Origin: Eledone cirrhosa
Taxonomy: Eukaryota
NCBI GenBank assembly: GCA_964016885.1
Contig: OZ024740.1
Span: forward strand, 239,444,001-239,508,000
Reading direction: 5' to 3'
Length of the DNA stretch: 64,000 bases
The notes under the pieces were generated by a model. It saw only the letters and a program-made list of their open reading frames with translations, ran no database searches and was not told the origin of the DNA. Positions 40,387 through 49,641 of this stretch are shown here, in pieces. Positions within the stretch are counted from its first letter, which is position 1. Each line of letters begins with the position of its first letter. The position numbers and the translations under genes are program-made.

Positions 40387-40560
40387 TTATAACAATATAT
40401 TTTGGGTCCGAATTTTTTTGGGGCTCAAGCCGGGTGCTTTACGTAGCATTTGTACTAAGAGTTGTTATTTCACAAATGATTTAAATATGTTAAAAATTCA
40501 AAACTTACGGGAGCGATTTCATGACCTCCGTCACCTCGTGCGTCTTCTTCCCTTATTCCC

Positions 40561-40601
<41 letters not shown>

Positions 40602-40700
40602 GAATGCCATGGTTGACGGAGGCTCGGCTCTGTAAGGTATAGTAAATTTTAACCCTTAAAACAATTGTAAATTGTTTAAAACTTGAACCAAATTGTTGAT

Positions 40701-40766
40701 AAAGACACCCTCCTCCTCGTGAGAGGGGTCTTTCTGTCCGTTATTTGGCCCTTCGGGGTTAAATAA
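40701..40766 (+). promoter_or_regulatory. Two stem-loops in the Tx1 5' UTR
   Basis: AAAGACaCCCTcCTC-ctcgt-GAGAGGGGTCTTT and TTATTTGGCCC-TTCG-GGGTTAAATAA (C-UUCG-G tetraloop). Both are largely retained in copy D (55495-55558). Confidence 0.55.
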
Positions 40767-40814
40767 TCAGTTATTGGGGTTTTGTACCCAAAATTTCATT
40801 TTAAACAAAAAAAC

Positions 40815-42914
40815 ATGGCTACCAAAAAAAAAAAATTTCATACGTCACTCCCACTCATTCCGTCTTCTTCTTCCTCAATCATCACTACAGGAGAGAGAAG
40901 ATTGTCTCTCTCCCTCCCTTCTTTAAATGTGTCTCTCTCCCTACCTTCTCTTTCGCAAGCGACGAAAGAAAAGAAAAGTCTCGTGCAAAGCGTGCAAGGT
41001 TTCTCCACGACGACGACGACAGCGACGAAACAGGTGTGCGGGAAATACGAAAACCCAGTTCATTCGTCTGACGTCAGGAATAATAGCAGTAGCAGCCGTA
41101 ATAACAACAGCAACAGTGACAATGAAAACAACAGTAGCAGCCGCAACAGCATCACCAGCAGCATAAACAACAACAGCATTAGCAGCAGCAACACCAACAA
41201 CAACCACAGCAACAGCGGCGGAGGCAGTAGTCGTAGTACCTGCAGCAACAACAAAAGTACCAGCAGCTCTGACGACAACAACAACAGCAGAGAAAAACCA
41301 ATCTCATTTGCAGGTATTGCGAAAAACCTGGAAACAATCCTCATAACAAATGAGGAATTAGAGGAAGCGAAGAAGATGGTGACAAAGAACGGACACCGAG
41401 CAATCTGCAAGGCAGCGAAAAATTTTTTCGAAACCCAAGAGCACTGTACGGTCACGTACCGTACAGTAAGTACAAAATCCCGTAGGGTGGAAAGAGCCAC
41501 AGAGGCCCAAATACAAAAAGCCTTGGGGTCTGTGTGGCAGAGGAAAACGCACATCACCCGAGGCAAAAAATACGCCACCGTAGACGTACTTTTTGCCACA
41601 CCCCAGGAGGCAAAGGCCCAATCAGTAGTGACCCTAAGGAGCGAGGAAATGGTGTTGGTGCCCTCCTACTGCGGGCAAAAAATTGTGAGGGTCAAACTGA
41701 CCCACGTCCCCCCCGGAATGACCCCTTCTTGGCTGGCCGCGTCTGTCCTCGTCGGAATCGAGGACAAAACAACTGTACTGCAAGTACAGAAAAAAGTAAG
41801 AGAAGATTGGGTCGGCTCCTCCATTGAGATGCTAATCCAAACCAACCAGGAGTGCATCGAAGCTATCCCGGATGTGATAGACTTCGATAACGGCACTCAA
41901 CTGCCCATAAGTGTTGAGGGCAAACGCCCGAAATGCTTTCGCTGTGGATCGAAGACTCACCTCAGGGCCTTCTGCAACGAGAAGACCCTGAGAAAGGAGA
42001 AAACCCCCCTCCTCCCGAATCCGGTTCCACGGCTACCAGCAACAGGACAAGCGGCAACCAGGAACGATAGGTCCGTGGCACCCATACCCACTCCACGGAA
42101 ATCAAAGACAGCAGCAGCAGTGGAAATATTAACAACAACAACAGCAATACCAAATGCAGCTGCAACAGAGACTCCAGTGCAAACATCACCAACAACAACA
42201 AGTGAAAGAGTGGAGCTGGTACCCCTCCCCGACCTTACAGAATCAGACATGGAGTGTGAGGTGGGAGAGGGATGGCAAAAGGTCTCAAGAAGGCACAAAC
42301 GCAGAAGCAGCGCATCGTCGCCTTTGAAAAGGGAGGAAAGAAATGAGAAAAGGGTAAAGTCTACTGCAAAGAGACCCACAGCAGCAACACCACCAACACC
42401 ATCACCACCCACACCAGCACCACCATCACCACCGGCGACAACCCCACCGCCAACAACACCTTCAACACCACCACCACAAGCACCAACATCGCAAACACAA
42501 CAACAAAACACACACACCCAGCAACAACGACAAGAAAATAGCAGAACCACACCCCACCCCCAGAAAAACAAATGCACGGCAATAAACACACACAACAAGA
42601 AACTAATGACTTACATAATTGAACACACAGACATTTCACAACAGGACTACATAATACCAGCACCAATCAAAACGCCAACTAACATAAGACTGCTAAAAAT
42701 AGCACAGAAACAATACACAAACATTAAAACGAAATTTCCCAACGCAGTTGGTGATTTCAGGGACCTAGGAGGAACCATTAATCGAAGAGTATATTCAGAC
42801 ATTCTCTTAGAAGAGCCGACGACCAGCCGAAGGGACGATTCAACGGTCCCTTCACCAGACGATCAAGTGAAAAGGGATGTAAAAACCATCCCTCCTCTAC
42901 CAAAAATACGGTAA
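40815..42914 (+). CDS. Tx1 ORF1 protein (~699 aa from the ATG at 40815): gag-like RNA-binding protein with a zinc knuckle
   Basis: Ser/Asn low-complexity N-terminus, RRM-like segment (KYATVDVLF), CX2CX4HX4C knuckle CFRCGSKTHLRAFC, basic stretch and Pro/Thr-rich tract. The MATKK start is also present in copy D. Confidence 0.92.
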   Translation: MATKKKKFHTSLPLIPSSSSSIITTGERRLSLSLPSLNVSLSLPSLSQATKEKKSLVQSVQGFSTTTTTATKQVCGKYENPVHSSDVRNNSSSSRNNNSNSDNENNSSSRNSITSSINNNSISSSNTNNNHSNSGGGSSRSTCSNNKSTSSSDDNNNSREKPISFAGIAKNLETILITNEELEEAKKMVTKNGHRAICKAAKNFFETQEHCTVTYRTVSTKSRRVERATEAQIQKALGSVWQRKTHITRGKKYATVDVLFATPQEAKAQSVVTLRSEEMVLVPSYCGQKIVRVKLTHVPPGMTPSWLAASVLVGIEDKTTVLQVQKKVREDWVGSSIEMLIQTNQECIEAIPDVIDFDNGTQLPISVEGKRPKCFRCGSKTHLRAFCNEKTLRKEKTPLLPNPVPRLPATGQAATRNDRSVAPIPTPRKSKTAAAVEILTTTTAIPNAAATETPVQTSPTTTSERVELVPLPDLTESDMECEVGEGWQKVSRRHKRRSSASSPLKREERNEKRVKSTAKRPTAATPPTPSPPTPAPPSPPATTPPPTTPSTPPPQAPTSQTQQQNTHTQQQRQENSRTTPHPQKNKCTAINTHNKKLMTYIIEHTDISQQDYIIPAPIKTPTNIRLLKIAQKQYTNIKTKFPNAVGDFRDLGGTINRRVYSDILLEEPTTSRRDDSTVPSPDDQVKRDVKTIPPLPKIR

Positions 42915-42949
42915 GTGGTCTTTCCCATCTTTTCCACTCTATTTTAAAC

Positions 42950-45900
42950 ATGACCTCACTCAGAATAGGCAGCATAAATGCGCGTGGCTTGGGGTCGTCA
43001 TGGAAGCAGGGTCACCTGCTCAACGACCTCAGGTCACTAAACATAGATGTAGTGGCCATCAGCGAGACCAGAATCTCCGAAGCACGGGCCTTCGCACCGA
43101 TCTTCGGCGGCTACGATGTGTACGCATCTCCCAGCCGTCCTGGATCCGGTGGAGGAGTTGCTGTACTTTTTCGGAGAGGTTTGGATCTCGCCATACGGGC
43201 CATCTTCCTGGACCCAGAGGGTAAGCTGGTGGTGCTGGACGTGACCAGCGGAGACGGGCAAGCCTTCAGGCTAGTGGCCGTCTATGCCCCGACAGGAGCA
43301 GGGCGGCCTGATTTCTTCCGGCGTCTGGAGACCTTTCTTGGAACGTCCCGCTCTTTAGTGTTAGTGGGCGACTGGAACGGGATCTTAGATGCACGCTGGG
43401 ACTGTGTGGGATTAGCGGATAGGGGTGGAGGGTGCAAGAGCCTCACCAACCTGCTCAGGCGTTTTGAACTGTCTGACAGGTACCGATTGGATTTCCCGAA
43501 TGTGCCAATGTGGACTTGGACAAACCGCATAGGGTCATCCAGATCATATCTAGATAGAGTATTTTGTAGGGAAATAGATAGGTCTAGCATAGGCTGTCCA
43601 CAATTCAAGATAGTCAGCTACACGGACCACAAATTCGTGATCTGTGTGCTTGACTTAGATAGGCTTCATAGACGAGGACCCGGCTACTGGAAGCTAAACG
43701 CGTCCTTACCAGCGCGCAAGGCCTACAGAGACCGGATTAGCGAACTAGTTAAGCGGGCGTTGACGGGGGCCATCGTCAACAACAAGTGGTGGTTTGCTCT
43801 GAAAAGAGCGATTAGAATAGAATCGATTAGGTTTAGTAAGGCTTTAGCAATAGAGAAAAATAGAGCAGAGGGAGAACTAGTTAGAAAATTAGACGAGGCG
43901 CTTAGCAAAGGCATTGCGACCGACGTGCTTGCGGCGAAATTGGCCCTTGACCAATTCTTCAATGCAAAGCACGAAGGCTGCGTTGTCAGAGCTAGGGTGC
44001 GTGCTCTCAGACACGAGGGGACGAAAGCCGTTCAATGGGCCCGAGTGGCGGAGGCGCGTCGTGGCAACAAAGCCACGATCCGGTCTTTGGTGGACCACGA
44101 CGGGCGCATGCTACTCGATCCCGGGCAAATGTGTGAAGCTTTTCAGCGACACTTCGCTCAGCTGTTCGGGGGCAGCGGGGGGCCGGGTAGAGGGATGGAC
44201 TTTAGTGTCTACCTCGACGGACTGCCGCGGCTCTCGGCCACTGAGGCGAAGTGTTGCGAAAAGCCGATAACAGCCGCTGAAGTAAGGGAGGCAATGACTG
44301 GCTGCACAAGGGGTAAATCGCCTGGTTTGGATGGTCTGCCCTATGAACTTTACGTACAGATGCCAGACTTGTTCGGAGGCCTCTTGGCGGACGTCTACTG
44401 CAACTGGCAACAGAACGGGAGAATTCCCAGTTCTGTGAGCCGAGGAGCGGTGGCACTGCTGAGAAAGGATCCGAACAAGGGGGATAACATAGACAATTTC
44501 CGGCCCATAACTCTGCTAAACACAGAGTTTAAGATTTTGGCCAAGGTGCTAGCAAAGAGGTTGGCGCTTGTCGTTGGTGGTCTGGTGGGAGAGGCGCAGA
44601 CATGCGCCATTCCCGACAGATCCATCCACGACAACCTCCACCTCATGCGATACATCGTAGAGAGGGTAGCTAGGGAACCTGGCACGGGTGGGTCCTTGAT
44701 CAATTTAGATCAGTCGAAAGCTTTCGATAGGGTCGACCATCGTTACCTAGCGGCAGTCCTGAGGGCGGCTGGCTTTGGGCCCGTCTTCAGAGGCTGGATC
44801 GCTGCCATGCACAGCGACATCTGCTCTGTGGTGAGAGTGAACGGTCACCTGTCGGAACCGTTCAACATCATGCGCTCGGTCCGCCAAGGATGTCCCCTCT
44901 CGTCCCTCTTGTACGTATTGACTCTCGAGCCATTACTGCACAAACTGGAGACGTTGAGGGGAGTCCCGCGCGAACTAGGATGCGGAAGATCCGTGTCAGC
45001 ATATGCGGACGATGTCACCGTAGTGGTGTCGAACGCCAAACACATCGAGGCGATCGGCACTACACTAAGAGAATACGAAGCGGTGACAGGAGCAATGATC
45101 AACCAGGAAAAGTCAGTGGGCCTGCAGCTCGGCACCTGGAGAGGCAGGTCCATGCCGTCCAACAGCGTCGTCGGGCGCTGGACGGACGGACCGGTTAAAT
45201 TGCTAGGGGTCTGGTTCGGTCCGGACCTCCAGACGGACAAAAACTGGGACGAGGTGACGAGCAGGGTGGCTTCTCTCACCCAGAAATGGGCGGAGAGGAA
45301 GCTATCCCTGAAAGGTCGAGCGGAGGTGGCTAACGCGTACATCGCGTCTGTCATCTGCTACCGCCTAACCGTCGTACCTTGTCCTAAGCCTCGCCTGACT
45401 GCGCTGGAGCGTTTGCTCTTTCGCTTTTTGTGGAAGGGACGTGCTCCGATGGTCAGGCGGTCCATCTGTTGTCAACACCCGCTACGTGGAGGGCTGGGCA
45501 TGCCGTGGCTGATGATGCGCAGGCACGCGCTCAGGCTACGACATCTCCACCTCTTCCTCGACGGTGATCAGGTGTGGTCGCCGTTTGCTAGACGCGTTTT
45601 TCCCCAGCTCGTTTCCTTGACGGAGCTGCAGTCCTGGGTCAAGCGAAGACCGAGAGGGAGCGCCTGGAGACTGGAATGTCTTCAGGCGCTCACAGCCCTC
45701 GACCAATCGGGCAATGTGATCGGTGGAAACTCCACCTCGGCGTTCTATAGAGGATTAGTGGAGGGGAAGAGCGACGACGTACTTGGGGAAACTCTAGGCG
45801 TCGACGAAAATCAACTAGCCAATCTCTTCGGAAGAACCTTCGGGCCAGGGCCTATGGACAACTTCCAGAAATCTCTGGCCTGGCAGTGCTACCGAGGAGC

Positions 45901-46369
45901 CTTGCCAGTTCGGGATAAACTCTACAGGCATGGAGGTGCCGTCAGCCGGGCATGTCCGAGATGCGCGCAGGGCGACGAAACCGTCCTGCACGCACTCGTC
46001 CAGTGTCCGAAAATTGCTGACTTGTGGGTTTATGTCGAACACCTGCTGTCGCGTTTAGGACGGATCCAGCTATCATCTGAGTCTATCGTGAGGATTGCCC
46101 CGCCCTCCTCCTTTAGCCGGGAAGGGCAGGCAGTTTTTATCTGTCTGGTGGCCATGGCGAAAGAGATAGTATGGTGGACACGTTTGAAAGGGCTGAAGAC
46201 GAGCACTTACCTCTTCGGTGATGCTCTGATTGACTTTTTCAAATTTCATTTGAAAAGGAAAATCAGAGTAGAGAAGGAAGTGCTCTCTTCCCAGCATTTT
46301 GTTGAAAGATGGGTGAGAGAAGCAAGAATGGCCCGAGTGAATGGGCCGACTCTGAGTATATATCTGTAA
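42950..46369 (+). CDS. Tx1 ORF2 protein (1139 aa): APE endonuclease, RT and C-terminal zinc finger
   Basis: APE motifs SINARG, ISETR, GGVAVL, VYAP, VGDWN, SYLDRV and TDH; RT motifs GKSPGLDGLP, FRPITLLN, LDQSKAFDRV, RQGCPLS and YADD; C-terminal CPRC..ETVLHALVQC. Confidence 0.97.
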   Translation: MTSLRIGSINARGLGSSWKQGHLLNDLRSLNIDVVAISETRISEARAFAPIFGGYDVYASPSRPGSGGGVAVLFRRGLDLAIRAIFLDPEGKLVVLDVTSGDGQAFRLVAVYAPTGAGRPDFFRRLETFLGTSRSLVLVGDWNGILDARWDCVGLADRGGGCKSLTNLLRRFELSDRYRLDFPNVPMWTWTNRIGSSRSYLDRVFCREIDRSSIGCPQFKIVSYTDHKFVICVLDLDRLHRRGPGYWKLNASLPARKAYRDRISELVKRALTGAIVNNKWWFALKRAIRIESIRFSKALAIEKNRAEGELVRKLDEALSKGIATDVLAAKLALDQFFNAKHEGCVVRARVRALRHEGTKAVQWARVAEARRGNKATIRSLVDHDGRMLLDPGQMCEAFQRHFAQLFGGSGGPGRGMDFSVYLDGLPRLSATEAKCCEKPITAAEVREAMTGCTRGKSPGLDGLPYELYVQMPDLFGGLLADVYCNWQQNGRIPSSVSRGAVALLRKDPNKGDNIDNFRPITLLNTEFKILAKVLAKRLALVVGGLVGEAQTCAIPDRSIHDNLHLMRYIVERVAREPGTGGSLINLDQSKAFDRVDHRYLAAVLRAAGFGPVFRGWIAAMHSDICSVVRVNGHLSEPFNIMRSVRQGCPLSSLLYVLTLEPLLHKLETLRGVPRELGCGRSVSAYADDVTVVVSNAKHIEAIGTTLREYEAVTGAMINQEKSVGLQLGTWRGRSMPSNSVVGRWTDGPVKLLGVWFGPDLQTDKNWDEVTSRVASLTQKWAERKLSLKGRAEVANAYIASVICYRLTVVPCPKPRLTALERLLFRFLWKGRAPMVRRSICCQHPLRGGLGMPWLMMRRHALRLRHLHLFLDGDQVWSPFARRVFPQLVSLTELQSWVKRRPRGSAWRLECLQALTALDQSGNVIGGNSTSAFYRGLVEGKSDDVLGETLGVDENQLANLFGRTFGPGPMDNFQKSLAWQCYRGALPVRDKLYRHGGAVSRACPRCAQGDETVLHALVQCPKIADLWVYVEHLLSRLGRIQLSSESIVRIAPPSSFSREGQAVFICLVAMAKEIVWWTRLKGLKTSTYLFGDALIDFFKFHLKRKIRVEKEVLSSQHFVERWVREARMARVNGPTLSIYL

Positions 46370-46630
46370 ACTAAAGGTGGAAAACTGGGAGAGGGCACTT
46401 GCCTTGGTGGTCAGGGTCATTGTGGCTTTTTACTGGGCTTTCTCCACAAATGTCCCTCCGAAGTCTCCCCCCTATTGGGGAATTTTTCATTGTTATTTTC
46501 ATTGTTATTTTTGTTACATCCTCTATTTTTGTTTTTTTTACACGCAGAAATGCCCATTTGTACCGTCCTGCATTGTCCTGCACTGTCCTTAATGTCTACT
46601 TTATGTAAACCCTTGTGGTTAATAAAGAAA

Positions 46631-46704
<74 letters not shown>

Positions 46705-48863
46705 GTTCTTTGAGTCTCAGTCATTGATGCTATTTAACTGGAAAGTTTGTTGAAATGAATATCAAGCTGCTACCTGCAGCCTCAGATATTCTGGACGTAT
46801 CGGAGGGTTCTTGCTGTTCCCAGCAAGCATGCCTTTTGAAGTGTTCCAAAAAGCGGGGCGGGACTAACTTTCTTTAACCATCCTTGGAAACTCTTTGAGA
46901 TAGTACCTAGTGCGCCTATGACAATCGGGACTACTCTGACTTCATGGCAGTTCCAAATCCTTTTTACCTCCCACTTTAAGTCCTGGTATCGGTTAATTTT
47001 CTCCCTCTCCTTTTCTTGCACTCTCGTGTCAAATGGGGAGGCTATATCTACAATCAGGCACGATCTTTTTTCCTTGTCCAAAACCACCAGGTCAGGTCTA
47101 TTGTGTTCCAGTTATCCGTCTGTATCCTAAAATCCCACAGCACCTTCACCTGATTGTTCTCCATCACCGCCTCTGGCCTATGCTCATACCACTTCTCAGA
47201 ATGTGGTAAATTGTTTACTTTGCATAGGTGCCAGTGGTTCACCCTGCCCAACACATCATGTCTCCTGCCTTTATAGTAAGTCTGGGCTAGGTGTTTACAC
47301 TCGGATACAATGTGAGCCACAGTCTCCTCTCTCCACAGATCCTACACAGTGGGCTAGCCTCGTACTTGTAAATATGGTGTTTCACCCACTTCGTTTTGAG
47401 TGTCTGATCTTGCGCAGCCATTAGCATTCCTTCTGTAGCCTTTTTAAGGTCTCCTCTTTTTAACCAGTTCCATGTCTGTGGATCTCTAAATTCAGTTTTC
47501 TCAAAGAAGGTACTATGAAGGGATTTTTCATGAAGGTTGCTCTTCCTCCTTGCTGTTATTTCCTCCTTGGACATCCCTTGTCTATTGTTCTCTCCTTCAG
47601 TACAATTCTGAGCATTGGCTACCTACTGTCGGTCAGGTATTTGTGCCGGTTGTTTTCTCCATCTGAACACAGTCCTCTATGCTGATAAAATCTCTTCCAC
47701 CTTCAGATCTCTTTAAGTAGAGTCTATCGACATCACTCCACTTGTGGAACATGTTATAGATAGTCATAAGCTTCCTAGTCTTCCTATCCATTTCTTTTTG
47801 TTCAGCAACATTCCATCACAGAATTTCCGCACTGTACCTAATAATAGACACAGCTCGGGAATTCACTGCACTTATGACATTCCTACTATTTAAACGTGAT
47901 TTTAATACGCTCCTTACTCTCCTAATGTACTCAGATCTTATAAATTAATTCCTTCATTTTTTTGTTCTTGATATCATCTGCCTCCAGAACACCTAAATAT
48001 TTGTATCCTTCTTCAGTGTCAATTTCCTTTATCATCTCACCTGTTGGTACCTGAATTCCGTTGCTTCTGCTCAATTTACGCCTCTACCTCACAAGGACTC
48101 CACACTTATTAATACCAAATTGCATACATATATCACTGCTGAAAATACGGACAGTGTCAACAAGTACATCCAACTCCTTCTCACTCTTCCCAAAGAGTTT
48201 AAGATCATCATGAAGTGGAGGTGGTTGATGGTAAGCTCTCCTTTTCCCAACTTATATCCTGCCCTCACTTTTCGCAGTATAATGGTCAGGGGAATCAGGG
48301 CAAGGACAAACAACAGAGGGGACAGACTATCTCCCTGGAAGATACCTCTCTTGATCTTCACGCCTCCCAAGGATTCTCCACCCGATGTTAATTCTGTTTC
48401 CCATGACTTCATACTTTTGCTCAACAACTGTCTGATGTTATCAGCCACCTTGAAGATCTCTAGGTTTTTGGTTATCCAAGAATGAGGTACCATGTCGAAT
48501 GCCTTTTTGTAATCTATCCATCCCATGGCAAGACCAGTGTGTCTCCTCTTGCAATTCCTCATTACCATCTTATCAATAAGTAACTATTCTTTTGTACCAC
48601 GGGATTTCTTTCGGCATTCTTTCTGTTCGTCCGGTAACAAGTTGTTTGTGTGGAGGTGATGGTAGATTTCCTCAGACACAATGCTTGTCAACAGTTTCCA
48701 CATTACGGATAGACATGTGATAGGTCTATAGTTGGTAACATCATTACCCTTGATTCGGTCTTTCATTACCAGAACTGTGTACCTTTTGTCAACCACTCTG
48801 GTACCTCACCTGACATCAAGCAGTCATTGAACATGGTTGTCAGTTTCGGGTGGAGGGATGTTA
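46705..48863 (-). mobile_element. Dong-like copy 4: diverged subfamily, 5'-truncated and frameshifted (~2.15 kb)
   Basis: Broken ORFs at 46782-48796 are homologous to the RT-RLE ORF. It lies tail-to-tail with Tx1 copy B across one TTA tract. Confidence 0.93.
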
Positions 48864-48880
48864 TATTATTATTATTATTG

Positions 48881-49202
48881 TTCTTTGAGTCTCAGTCATT
48901 GATGTTAGTTAACTGGAAAGTTTGTTGAAATGAATATCAAGTCACTACCTGCAACCTCAGATATTCAGGACGTATCGGAGGGTTCTTGCTGTTCCCAGCA
49001 AGCATGCCTTTTGAAGTGTTCCAAAAAGCGGGGCTGGACTAATCTTCTTTAACCATCCCTGGAAACTCCTTGAGATAGTACCTAGTGCGCCTATGACAAT
49101 CGGGACCACTTTGACTTCATGGCAGTTCCAAATCCTTTTTACCTCCTACTTTAAGTCCTGGCATCGGTTAATTTTCTCCCTCTCCTTCTCTTGCACTCTC
49201 GT
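48881..49202 (-). mobile_element. Dong-like copy 5, a ~320-bp 3' fragment
   Basis: 3' UTR plus the last ~80 codons, with TTA runs on both sides. Confidence 0.92.
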
Positions 49203-49226
49203 ATTATTATTATTATTATTATTATT

Positions 49227-49594
49227 ATGGATAACACAAGAAAGAGAGAGAACGCTGTCAGACAACACAGAGAGAGGGAGACTTCATCAGCATGTCATCA
49301 AGACAGCGTTCCAGCGGAGGTAAATATAAACGAAAATATTACTAAGGAAAAGAAGATTGTTACAGATTTAAAATTAACAAATATTTCTAACACAAACAAC
49401 ACCAACAATTACACCAACAACAACACCATCGATAACAACAGCAACAACAAAAATAACAGCGGAAAGGTCGAGAACGACAATAACAATGACAATAACAACA
49501 GCCACAACAACAATAATAGTAGGAACAGTATAAACAAAAACAACAATAATAACAACAGCCACAATAACAGTAACAACAGCAACAGTCTCAACGA

Positions 49595-49641
<47 letters not shown>

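Larger units (their letters stand above)
35703..40560 (-). mobile_element. Full-length R4/Dong-clade non-LTR retrotransposon (5' boundary inferred from the next TTA tract)
   Basis: Single intact ORF, ~74-nt 3' UTR and (TAA)n tail on its sense strand. No (TTA)n tract occurs between the ORF start and 40561, so a ~1.4-kb 5' UTR is inferred. Confidence 0.85.
40602..46632 (+). mobile_element. Full-length, apparently intact Tx1-type (L1 clade) retrotransposon, copy B, ~6.0 kb
   Basis: (TTA)n at 40561-40601 and 46633-46703, a ~213-nt 5' UTR shared with copy D, two open ORFs, and a 3' UTR ending AATAAAGAAATC(ATT)n with no poly(A). Confidence 0.95.

Noticed and set aside
40700-40770. TCCTCGT resembling the HDV-like ribozyme L3 loop in the Tx1 5' UTR
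   Set aside because: I could not build the P1, P1.1 (GG) and P2 nested pseudoknot. The sequence folds as simple hairpins.
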